DNA of 64,000 nucleotides, taken from Octopus vulgaris (lineage: Eukaryota). The translations under genes and the position numbers were made by a program. How positions within the stretch are numbered: the first letter of the stretch is position 1; each line of letters starts with the position of its first letter. Under the pieces are notes generated by a model, which ran no database searches, was not told the origin of the DNA, and saw only the letters and a program-made list of their open reading frames with translations. The stretch lies in NCBI GenBank assembly GCA_951406725.2, contig OX597818.1, forward strand, positions 13,144,001 through 13,208,000, written 5' to 3'. Shown here in pieces: positions 26,140 to 37,706 of this stretch.

Positions 26140-26660
26140 ACTTAGGTCACGTTTTGCAGGATACAAGGCCAAGAATTAAAGAACGTGCGTCTTCACCAAA
26201 GATGGAATCGAAGACAAAATGGGAGGGTAGAATTTTGTCAATGAACAGCATTAGAATAGTTAGTGGGAGAAGAGAAGACAACCAAACATGAATTGAGGGA
26301 GAAGGGAAGTAAAACAGAAACGCGAATTGTAGGAGAAAGGAAGAAAACAGATGCGTGAAAGGGCAAATAGAAGAAGGGAGTGAAAGATCGAAAGCGAGGA
26401 GGAAAATAATTTGTAGAACAAGATGGAAACATAAAAACAACGGCAAATGAAGGGCAAAATTAAAAGGTGCTTTGCTTCAAAGAAATTTGAAAGGGTAGAA
26501 CAGTAGTGAAAAGCTTATGATAGGCCTGCTGTAGTGGTGGTAGAGGATACGTGAATTGTGTGAGACTGAAAGAAAGACAAGAGTTAGCGTCAAAGAGGGC
26601 TAATAAAGCACCAATAGAGTGACTGAAAGGTGTCACACAGATATAAAATCCGTTAAGTGG
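26140..26660 (-). mobile_element. Probable PLE 3' region
   Basis: Pyrimidine-rich sense strand ending in a degenerate HHR-like gtgaaga...cctgcaaaacgtg. Confidence 0.35.
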
Positions 26661-26690
26661 ATAGATAGATAGATAGATAGATAGATAGAA

Positions 26691-26743
<53 letters not shown>

Positions 26744-27384
26744 AAGACAAAGAGAGAGAAAGAGAAAGTTATACATAGTATGATATTCAGACGGAGAGAG
26801 TCATAGAGACTGACAGAGAGAGACAAACAGATAGATAGACATATATATATATATATGTAGATAGACAGACATAGATAGATTGATATATACAGAGAGAGAG
26901 TGTGAGAGAGACAGAGAGACAAAGAGAAAGAGAGAAAGAAAGAGAGAGAGAGAAAGAGAAAAGACGGAACAAACATATATATACCTTTGCACATACTGTG
27001 TTTCAGAATTCAGAAACACATTTTTTCTCTTACTTTCTATGCATTGTTTTTCCATGCGTTGTTTCTCCATTTATCACTATTCCCCTGTTCCAAAGGAGAG
27101 ATTCGAAGGTAAGTAATGGCAGCAAAATACCCATAAGGACTTCGTTGTAAAATTGACTTTATTCTTTTATTATCTTAGGAGAAAATATACACCAGTTCCA
27201 AGTATATTTGGCAGTTATTATTAATGATATATTACAAACAATCCCTCTCTACGAAATAGCTTACGAGAAACGATGACATTTTGGAAATTATTTCATATTT
27301 TCTGCAAAAGTAGACACACATCTTATTAATATAGAAGACATACACACACTCGCGTACATACACATACATGCATACATATCTATC

Positions 27385-27463
<79 letters not shown>

Positions 27464-27879
27464 ATATATGTATGTATCTTTTATAATGAATATATATGTG
27501 TGTGTTATACGTTATTCAAGCCGAGAAAATACAGTAAATTAGCAGTCGATTCTACTATTGTTACTGGAGTAATAATTTTAACACCTTGTTTTACACCTGT
27601 GTCGTCTCTCGTATGTACATACAGACATCTATTCATACATATATAGATAAATACATACATGCGTACACACACATTTCAAGTTTTGTTATGAAAATTTTAT
27701 AATACAATTATAATTGTTCAACACTGATTATCCGAAATTATAGATTATTTATATAAAATTATTTAAAGGAAGTAAAAGAAGAGATTGAGTGAAACTTCCG
27801 TGATATGAAAGTGCCTTCGCCGTTCTTCAACTTTTCAAACACACGCATTATAATATACCACTATATCGGTAGTTATGTC

Positions 27880-28685
27880 TAGTAGAATTAGTACTTATTT
27901 CTGGTTTTGTTTGGATTATAGAATTCCAACAAAGAATTATATTGTCTTTCGTAGTTGATCATTTTCATTTTTTATTGTTCTGAAGAAGGGAAATATTTTT
28001 CAATATTAGTAATTTTTGATTTGCACAAAGGACTAGACGTTGACTGCAAGGAATATTTCTAAAAGATGAACCTTTGTCATGTTTAAGCACCCTTGATTGA
28101 TGTATTAATTTTAATCCTGTGATGTGGACCAGCGGAGCACTAAATGAGATTCTTATTTCATATTTGCTATAACCTTCGATTTCTTCTTATTCTTGAATTG
28201 AATTCTCTTGTTTCTGATTAACTTATTTGACACGTCCCAAAACGAAGATCTCTGCAACTTGTTCTGTGCATTATATTATCTTCTGAAGTGAATTTTATCC
28301 TTGTTAATACTCTTCTACAATTATTGGCTGTCTCTGACTGTTAATAGTTTGTATTTCTTTATCTATATTTTTAGGGTTTTATGAATGTTGTAGAATTAGA
28401 AATTATCGCTTGTCTGAATGTAAAATATATATGTGTTCTAGGATTGTGGTTGATTACAAATGAAATACTGATACTTGTATTTATGATTGTCTTGGCCTTT
28501 GTTGCTGCGAGGGTCAGAAATTGAGACCATGTTTGTCTTGGCTATGGCACGACTTACTGATATTTTGTTTATGATCGAATATATTTATTTCTACCACTCA
28601 TACCTCACGACTATTTGTGTTCGTAACCAATGAGCATATACATCTTGCCATATTAAATAAGATATTTCTATTACGAGGGAGTGAG
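27880..28685 (-). mobile_element. PLE RT-thumb/linker/GIY-YIG relic
   Basis: Minus translation RNILFNMARCICSLV (cf. NIPFNLARRICTIV), NHNPR, KIFPFF. Confidence 0.6.
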
Positions 28686-29221
28686 AGTTAAAACCTAAAA
28701 TCTAAGTATTAGTGCGCGTCCGTATGAGTATTAGCCACAATTGATTCTTTATTCTTTCTTTTATGTGGGTAGTTTGGGAAGACTATGCCATCACTGAATA
28801 TGTTATTGTTGTTCAGCAAGAAATCGCTGCAATTTTTAATTGGATGTTTTGGGAATCTTTGTTATAGATTTCTTCAGATTTAGGAAGTTCCAGTTCATTA
28901 AATTTACTCGTGTGTACATAAAACCTAGTTTTATGCAACTTTTTCGTTAATATTCTTTAAAAATTTACCCGTTAATTTAATAATTGCATTTATTGCTTCT
29001 ATATATTTGCTATCAACTGGTGAAGTTTTTTTTATTTTTTAAATTTTATGTCTAGTTTTAGTTTGAACTAATATTGTAATCTCTGTCATATTGCCGTTCA
29101 AATGATTTTTTTATTCAACTGTTGTACTGGAATTCATTTATTACCTCTCCACACACGTACATGCACATACGCACGCACGTACACACGCACACACATTGAT
29201 ATACATACACACACACACACA

Positions 29222-29285
<64 letters not shown>

Positions 29286-29410
29286 AACAATAACAACAAC
29301 AACAACAATAATAATAATAATAATAATGATAATTATAATAGTAATAATACTAATAATAATATAATAACAATAACAATAACAATAATAATAATAACCATAA
29401 TAATAATAAC

Positions 29411-29467
<57 letters not shown>
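29286..29467. repeat. (AAT/AAC)n microsatellite
   Basis: Directly visible. Confidence 0.95.
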
Positions 29468-29468
<1 letters not shown>

Positions 29469-29526
29469 CAGGGTAAAATCACTAATGCTTTTACCAGGTA
29501 GCCAGTGCAATAAATTTTTACAACGT

Positions 29527-29703
29527 GTCAGCTTAAAGCACCACCTCACGCAGGTAAAAATTGACGTCAAAGACTTTTTTTACTACCTTAAAATCTCCGA
29601 GAAAAACACACTTCATGTGGGCGTGTTTTCACGGTGTTTTTAAGGTAGCGAAAAAGACTATAATGGCTACTTTTAGCAGCTCGAGGTGATGCTTTAAGCT
29701 GAC
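29527..29703. mobile_element. Fold-back MITE-like element
   Basis: gtcagcttaaagcaccacctc / gaggtgatgctttaagctgac outer IR; taccttaaaa..aaaacac / gtgtttt..ttttaaggta inner IR. Confidence 0.8.
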
Positions 29704-29751
29704 TTCTTTTATAATTATGTATTTAGTTACAATATATATATATATATATGC

Positions 29752-30711
29752 GCATTCTTGTCCCACCCAAACTGCCGCAGTTGCCTTTATCTCACCAACA
29801 CTACATCCTTACATGTCGCTAACTCCTTCAGCTGCACTTCTAGCAACTTCATCTACTGCATCACCTGCTCTCTCTGTCCATCACTATACATCAGTCATAC
29901 AAGACGCCGCTTGACTGACCGGTTCTTTGAACACGTCCGAGACATCAAACTCGGCAACGACACCCCGACCTCGTGCCGCTTCCGCTCTACCGGTTATTCT
30001 GTCTGTGTTCGGATTGTCCTCGCACAGGGGCCACCCGGAATACCGTCTTCGTCGTGAACAAGAATTATCTTCTCTCTTCGCTCCCTTGCCCCACATAGAC
30101 TTATCTCCCTCACCTCTTCCTCTCAACCTACTTCCTCCCTTATCTCTCACCCACCTCTCCTCTCTTGCTCTGACACATACTTTCTCTCTTCACTCCTACC
30201 CACCTATTCCCTTCCATCCTCTACCTTCATCGTCACACATCCGTCGTTACCCCACCCCTACACATTCCAACCACGCCATCGCTATACATCCATCCCACCC
30301 CCACCACATTACACTCCAACATACCAAACTACGCCCTTACACCCCACATCCCACATTCCCACATACTCCCCACACCATAACATCGTCACACCACACAACA
30401 CCACATCACACACAACAATATCACACCACCCCGCACACACTAGCACTGTCCTCTTCCCAGCACACACACAATCCTTCACATAGCTACACATACATACACA
30501 CGCGCACCTTCTTCCTAGCTCTCCTGTCTGACCACCTCTGTACAGCGTTCGATGGCCACTAAACCTTTTTTCCTTATTTTCTCTTTTTGTTTATTTCTGT
30601 GTTCCTTTCCGTTGAAGAGCATAGGCTCGAAGCGTAAAAGAATTTCTCATCCGTTTGTTGTTTACACACCCGTCTTCGTCATTTGTTTTGTTTGTCTTTT
30701 TGTAGATTCCC

Positions 30712-30715
<4 letters not shown>
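29752..30715 (+). mobile_element. Neptune-type PLE 3' part (GIY-YIG + pLTR) flanked by (TA)n
   Basis: CRSCLY..FSCTSSNFIYCITCSLCPSLYISHTRRRLTDRFFEHVRDIK; C/A-rich 3' region; HHR-like motif at 30605. Confidence 0.88.
30605..30640 (+). ncRNA. Minimal hammerhead-like motif (variant core)
   Basis: CTTT-CCGTTGA-A-GAGC-ATAG-GCTC-GAAGC-GTA-AAAG. Confidence 0.45.
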
Positions 30716-30747
<32 letters not shown>

Positions 30748-30750
<3 letters not shown>

Positions 30751-30873
30751 TATGATTGAAAAGTCACCATATATAGGAAACATTTATTTTTTATAAGAAA
30801 CAGTTAAATTTAAAAACAAAACTGTTTCTTTTAAAAAATAAATTGTTCTTATGTATGACGACGATTGAATACC

Positions 30874-30876
<3 letters not shown>
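30748..30876. mobile_element. Tc1/mariner-type MITE in (TA)n
   Basis: TA|CAG...CTG|TA with ~55-bp imperfect inverted arms (atttattttttataagaaacag / ctgtttcttttaaaaaataaat). Confidence 0.75.
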
Positions 30877-30945
<69 letters not shown>

Positions 30946-30948
<3 letters not shown>

Positions 30949-31490
30949 ACGAGTGGCAGATGTACGCATGCCGAAACATTTGTTTTATAGTGAACTTGCA
31001 CAGGGGAAACACTATCGGTGTAAACCTAAAAATAGTTTTAAGGACAGCATAAGGATTACTATGAAGTCGCTTGGAAGGGTTCCAGAAGATATAGAAACCC
31101 TGTCTTCGGATCGCGTTGGATGGCCAACAAAAGTGTGGAGTGGAATAAAAGTATTTGAAGAGGCCAGGATAACACAAGTAAGAATCAAAAGAGATCTAAG
31201 GAAGAATGTAACAATCGAGAAGGTGAATGACAATGACCATTTTTCTCAGCGCACTCTGTGACAGACCTTGCCTGACTTTGGCTGGCCTCAAATCTTATCT
31301 GCGAACGCATGGAAAACTAACCTCCACTAACTATTCTGACTATATGGTTGTGCACACCTTGGAATGCAGTGTATGCCAGAAGGTGTATGCCACAGAGGGT
31401 GGCCTCAAAAGACGGGTTAAGATCCACAAAGAGTAGAAATTTTCTGCAGGTATTGGTGGTCCGTATCTGAGGTGCAATCTATGTGGGTGT
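30946..31490 (+). mobile_element. RTE-clade LINE 3' fragment with C2H2 zinc fingers
   Basis: RMPKHLFYSELAQG..FKDSI..DRVGW..FEEAR; ALCDRPCLTLAGLKSYLRTH; CSVCQKVYATEGGLKRRVKIH. Confidence 0.85.
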
Positions 31491-31504
31491 CTTTACAGAA
31501 CATC

Positions 31505-31655
31505 GTCTGGTTTACGTCTGCCAAATCCACTCACAATACTTTTGTTGGATCGAGACTATTGTAGAAGATACTTGCCTAAGGTACCACGCAGTGGGATTGA
31601 ACCTGGAATCATGTGGTGGAGAAGCAAGCTCCTTACCACACAACCACACCTGCGC

Positions 31656-31657
<2 letters not shown>
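31505..31657 (-). mobile_element. CORE-type SINE 5' half
   Basis: ccaaatccactcacaa...cacgcagtgggattgaacc...cctgcgcct. Confidence 0.8.
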
Positions 31658-31727
<70 letters not shown>

Positions 31728-31784
31728 ATATGTGTGTGTGTGTATAGTTGGAATTTACAGACAACAAAAGAAAAGACGAGGTAG

Positions 31785-32385
31785 GTAGTGCTTCTACGAA
31801 CCTACCTGGGAAGACGCATTTCCAGCGTTATGGTAGACGACATACCTCCGGAGATACAGCCTAGTTGGTAGACGCAATCCTATTACGCTTGGAGAAGAAG
31901 GTGGTGGTCCTCCAAGCCACATGCACGGCCCATAAGAACTGGCAGGTACAAGATCTCGCGATAATAATTCCAGCCACCCCAGAAGACATTGCAAAGATAA
32001 TAGAAACCATTACTGTGTTAAGTAGAAGGCAGAATCCCTAGGTGTTATTAATATGGCCAAAAGAGTCACATTAGGGTTGACTGTTCTTCACCACCCGCTG
32101 ACACCAAAGACGAAAACGAAACCGCACCTCTGCCGCCATCAGAAATCAACACAGAGACAACATCAAAAGACGAAGAAGGATGGAAAAAAATAGAAAAAGA
32201 AAAAAAAAAACACAAACTGGCAGTGATGAATCCCGCCCCACGCCCATCAAAGCCCACTTTTCCACACCTTTCCCTGCAACCTCCGATCCTCCCCTACCGC
32301 GGCCGACATGGAAAAAATCTTGCATGCACTCACAGGTATCCTAAAACTTCCAATCCCTCCCCGTAAAATATAAAAAAGAAAATAA
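31785..32385 (+). mobile_element. ORF1/gag-like element 3' part with degenerate zinc knuckle and A-rich tail (HAL1-like)
   Basis: PTWEDA/LGRRISSVMVDDIPPEI; PRCY*YGQKSHIRVDC (32043-32084); EEGWKKI; ends aaaatataaaaaagaaaataaag. Confidence 0.65.
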
Positions 32386-32784
32386 AGTTACAATTTTAAT
32401 AATTTTTTACGAAGTAATAAATATACAATTGGTAACTGAAATCAAAAGCTTGGAAAGTACGACATTGGTAAATGTCTGGAATGAGGTCCCCATGCATTTG
32501 AGATGTGCGATAGTCAATACAAATGATAAAAAGAAATTGGAGAAGTACGAGGGCAAAGTAAAATACGTTGAAATAAAAATGGACTAAAAAAAGTACCATA
32601 AATTATAAATTATATTTAGAAATTCAGCTTCAATATTAATATTACAGACTTTTTTTAACAAAAAATGTAATCAAGAGTGAAATAATGGCGCCTAGATGTG
32701 AGGCCGAGCGTCATCATTACATCATTCATTTTTCCCTTCCCCCCTTTTCCTTCGTTTTCACCTACCTACATGTTTGAATTATGA

Positions 32785-32995
32785 CGAAATAGAATCGTTA
32801 GCATACTGGGCAAAATGCTAGAGCAGTATTTCGCCTATCTTTACTTTCTGAGTTCAAATGTCGCCGGGGTCAACTTTGCCTTTCATCTTTTCGGGGTCGA
32901 TAAATTAAGTACCAGTGAGACACTGTGGTCGATGTAATCGACTGGTCCCCTCCCCTGAAATGTCATGCCTTATGCCTATAGTAGAAAGGATTTCA
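32785..32995 (+). mobile_element. Meta-type SINE
   Basis: agaatcgttagca, gagttcaaat, gcctttcatcttttcggggtcgataaattaagtaccag, gtagaaaggatt end. Confidence 0.85.
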
Positions 32996-33004
32996 TTGTT
33001 CTGG

Positions 33005-33272
33005 TCTTAACATCAGTTGGTAAGAATAGAACTCCTTTGACGATACCCTTTTGTTTGTAATTGACTATCCTGTTGCAGGTTCAATCCAAGGAATATTGAA
33101 ATAATACCCATCTTGTCTATTCCACAGAATGAGATTATATTAGAGAGCATCATAAGAGGAATGAGTCTGTGAAACACATTTAAGGTTGTTATCTTGAACG
33201 CCAATGAGAATATCATGATTTTGAAGGGGATCACCAACCATAAGGATGGCTATTTCAATGGATGTGGACTCA
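33005..33272 (-). mobile_element. Helitron RepHel coding relic
   Basis: Minus translation IEIAILMVGD..HDILI..NNLKCVSQTHSSYDAL*YNLILWNRQDGYYFNI..KRVSSKEFYSYQLM (cf. ETHRSYDALQYP..GEDGY). Confidence 0.85.
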
Positions 33273-33399
33273 TTAAAACAGCGTAAAATGATCTTTACTA
33301 TAATTTACTACAGACGTAAGGAAAGCAGAAACAAAAACAGACACACTCATAGAATTGATAATATTGAAAACAACAAAATGTACAGACACGTAGTTCAAA

Positions 33400-33905
33400 T
33401 GTAGTCAATATAGGTACAAAGCACTTTCTGAAGTATTGTTATGCTATAAAAAATGGAAAGTCACCAATGTAGCAAAAGTTAGTATGCGTCACCAATGTAA
33501 AAAAGTACAGAAAGTCAACATTTATTTGGAACAAGTACTAAATGTTAAAAAATCACGATTGATTGAATGTCACAGTGAAGAAAGTGAAAGTTCAAGAAAA
33601 TTCAGATGGCATAATTCAATTTTTCATGCAAAATTAATAAATTTTACAATTTTGAAACGAACGTTGAACCAAGTGTATAAAACGGAAGAGGCTGTTTTTG
33701 AACTGTGTAACATTATAGGCTGTAGAATAAATACTGAGCAACGCAGTAAAAAGGCTGTGCGACGTTGATATTCACAGTGATGAAGAATACAAAGAACTGT
33801 TTAAAAAAACGTTATCTTGAAACTGGCTAGAAGGAGTGGAATAAAATTTCTGCAATTATATTGAAAGAGCCACCGAGGCTTTCTACGCCAAGTTTCCGAA
33901 TTTGT
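33400..33905 (+). mobile_element. Possible hAT transposase C-terminal relic
   Basis: Weak resemblance only (EYKELFKKTLS*NWLE..IERATEAF). Confidence 0.25.
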
Positions 33906-34239
33906 CATAATAACCAGAATAATATTTTTAAATATATATTTGCGAATATTGTGGGTGGTGTTAAATCAGCCAAATTTTCATGTTGGTAGTACTTGAAAGT
34001 GAACGTTGTTGTTGAAGTCCAGGCCGCAAAAGTAAACTTATAATATCGGCGCGTTTGACTGTTGGGAGTGTGGAGATACAAACATAAACTACGACACACG
34101 CACACAGACGTACATTAACGCACACCAGAATCCTATCTCTGTCCCTGTGTGTCTGTCTCTCTCTCTTTATATGTGTGCATGTGTGTGTATATGTGTGTGT
34201 GTGTCGGTTGTCAGAAAAATGTATGCATACTGACAGACA

Positions 34240-34360
34240 TACACCGTCACGTCTCACACATATACACGTTAGTCATCGGCCTCACGTAGGTAACGGACGT
34301 GCGAACAGTCATATAGAGAATGTGACGTCATTATCATTCAGGTGGTGATATAAAATGTCT
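34240..34360 (+). promoter_or_regulatory. Candidate CRE/ACGT cluster plus TATA box
   Basis: Five ACGT cores in ~90 bp, perfect TGACGTCA 34323-34330, TATAAAA 34349-34355. Confidence 0.3.
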
Positions 34361-34591
34361 TTTACGATAGGTGACTAAAAGAAAAATGATAATGTTAAAT
34401 GATTGTAATGCAAATATGTGAAAGAAAATATAATTTAGATGGTAACCAAAAGTTAACTGAATCTTTTGATACCCCATACGTCTAAATGGGCAACTCGGTT
34501 TTAGAATGCATAAGGAACATACACACGCACATCCACACAGAGACACACACAGAGACACACACAGAGACACACACACACACATTTAAACTCT

Positions 34592-34654
<63 letters not shown>

Positions 34655-35124
34655 GTGTGTGTGTGTGTGTGTGTATTTATATATAATCGTCTAAGAATAC
34701 ATAATTTGCTCACGTATATTTAGAGTTCACCCAATTAAGCAATATTATTCAGCGGTATCAGTACCGAGCAGTATTTAGGCATAAGCAAACTTTAGGCATA
34801 AGTGAACGTTAGTCACACCAGGAAAAACCATTTTGATTAACAGCATGAAAACAGATATGGTAAGAGAATTTCTCTCCATCATAATTGCAGTGAATTTGTC
34901 TCCGGAAGTTGAATGTCGTATTGTTTAACTCACCTAATGTTCATTTAAACACTATTGTATTTACCTTTCATCCGATTTTACGATTAGTTAGCTGCTATTT
35001 TTTAAGAGCATTTGGTATTAATTAACTGTACTGTTACCAATATCCGGTTACCTAATATACAATGAGCAATAAATACATAAGATCTGTTGAAATAAGTCTG
35101 CATTTCAAATTTTGAATAATATAT

Positions 35125-35210
<86 letters not shown>

Positions 35211-35404
35211 CGTTGTGTGCGCGCGCGTGTGTTTTGTATATGTACGCACATGTGTATGGCGAAATGGAGAAACGCATGTATGTGTCTAACCTATTCAATG
35301 TATACAGCCATAGACACTCAAATACGTATGAACAGATGCATATATTCATACATGCGTATTTGTAACGATATTTGTATTAGAACAGAAATGGATATAGTGA
35401 ATGT

Positions 35405-35605
35405 AATAATGATATCAACTTTTGTTAGAAGGTCTACAATTTGTAAGATGGTTAAGTTGAATTGGGGGAGGTTTAAGTACTCAGCTGTTATTTATTTTGT
35501 TGAACTCGAAAGGATGAACGGCAATTTGGACAGAGAATATAAAGACGGAAAAAATGCTCTTAGCATTTTCCCCAGTGTGCGACGACTCTGCCAGCTCGTC
35601 GCCTT
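35405..35605 (-). mobile_element. Meta-type SINE, diverged
   Basis: ctcgaaaggatgaacggca and tctgccagctcgtcgcctt blocks. Confidence 0.7.
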
Positions 35606-36247
35606 ACAATGAATGTAATAATGAAACTTAAAACACAAATATATGAGATATCATATAAATAGAGTATATACACATATTACAGTTATTAAAAGAAATGGAA
35701 ATATAAATAGAGCTGTATATATAAATTATCAAATACGAAGTAATGGTATATAAAATCTAGGAAATATAATGAAATGAGTATGATGGATTTTATAGCATAC
35801 CATATTCAAACACACAGAAACATATTTGTTTCCTTCCATATCCCTACTTATCAGTTTGGGAAGAGAACATTTCAAACTCAAGAATTATAAAGTCTAGCCG
35901 AAGTGACGCGTCCTGTGAACAGTTGTTTAATTCAAAATATGTGGAAAATATTTGAATTATTTCTCATATTTTAAGATGAATATTCAGCCCAAACTTACAC
36001 CATATATTTTCAATTATTAAACTTAAGTAAAAGCGTGTATTAAACATTCTCCTACGCCTTGACCTTTAATTTGATGCAAAATACACAAAACATTGCCACT
36101 ATAAAGCTCATCTGAGAAAATCTAGAGTTACGTTTAATTGAACATATATCTGCCTATCTAATTTCTGGGAGTGAATCATTTTGTGTCCATCCATCCATTT
36201 GTGTCCATCCATCCATCAATCCAAATTCCTTCCTCCTACTTACTACC

Positions 36248-36353
<106 letters not shown>

Positions 36354-36414
36354 ACACACACATACGCGTGCACACAAACACACACACGCTCATACACACA
36401 CATGCATATATATG

Positions 36415-37522
36415 ACTTCCAAGATGTTGAAAAGCACTGGAAGGAGGAGGTATCACTATCGAACATCTACCGTTTTCGTGTACGTTTCTCCGATGTTATT
36501 GTTCAGGGGAACTGCACTGCTTGAGTCTTCATGCAGCTCTTGGATTACTTAGATGAAGCTGTTGTCTAAGTTCTAATTCATCACCTGCCAACATCGATTA
36601 TGCCAAACGTGGTCAAAGACCTTTATGAAGTAGATGAAGTTGTGATAGAGATTAGACTGGTGGAGCAGATGTTTGTCAGTGAGGTGTTTAATGTTAAATA
36701 TATACTCCACAATATTCCTTTGTTGCCTAACTCCAGCTCGTTCTTCTGCAAGGATTTCATCTGTCTTTCCCTTGATTCTGTATAGGAGACTTCTTAGCAA
36801 TTCTTTGTTGGGGTTTCTAATTAGGCTGATTGTTCTATAATTCTGGCAAAGTCTTAAGTTGCTCTTCTCGCGAATGGGTATCAACAATGATTGGGTCCTT
36901 TGCTAGCTACTTCGTCTCTCATAGTTTCTGACAGATAAATCTTTGTGCCTTGAAAAGCTTTGGCCCTACAGGTTTTAGGAGATCTAATGGATTTTCTAAC
37001 GTTGATTATGCACACTGACTCTTCGACTTTATTTCTGGAAAATTGGACTATCCCCAAGTTTTCTGTTATTGTTGTAAACAAGATTTTGCTCGCATGGTTG
37101 AGTTTGTGATTGTAAAAGTCTTTGCAGTACTCAGACCATACCTTGATGACATCATTCCAATGTGTGAAGAGTAAGTCTATGTTGTCTTCAAAGATAGTGG
37201 TCATGTGTTCTTTTATATTTTTGTTAGGAACTTCACGCAGGAAATACTTGAAGACTTCAACACCTCTGTCTTGGAGGACGGCCCTTTTCCAACCCTTCAC
37301 TTTGCTGATGACATTGACTCGTTAGAACGCGGTAAAGCAGAACTACAGGTGCTCAACATCAGACTGGGAAAAGCCTCAGGAGCATACAGGCTGGGTATCA
37401 GCCTAGGAAAGAGCTTGATTTTCGTTAATAGTAACACAACAACCAGCATCATGCTAAACGGGGAAAGTCAGAATGAAGTGGACACCTTCAAGTAACTAGG
37501 ATCCACTTTGACTAAGGACGGC
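36415..37522. mobile_element. RTE-clade RT relic with inverted 5' part (36415-37205 minus; 37205-37522 plus)
   Basis: Minus: CQNYRTISLI..EERAG..FDHVWH..PVLFNIL; plus: FFYIF..LHFADDIDSL..FK*LGSTLTKDG. Confidence 0.85.
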
Positions 37523-37547
37523 ATATATATATATATATATATATATA

Positions 37548-37706
37548 GGGCAGGCTTATTTCTCTTTCTGTCTGCCAAATCCACTCATAAGATTTTGGTC
37601 GCCTCGAGGCTATAGTGGAAGACACTTAAGGTATCACGCAGTGGAACCGAACCCAGAACCATATGGTTCTTACCGCATAACAAATATTCCTACCACACAG
37701 CCACGC
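37548..37706 (-). mobile_element. CORE-type SINE 5' half
   Basis: ccaaatccactcataag...ccacacagccacgcc. Confidence 0.78.

Noticed and set aside
29927-30562. 211-aa His/Pro/Thr-rich ORF
   Set aside because: Read-through of the C/A-rich PLE 3' region
31227-31436. Host C2H2 zinc-finger gene
   Set aside because: Contiguous with an RTE C-terminus, frameshifted, with degenerate His residues
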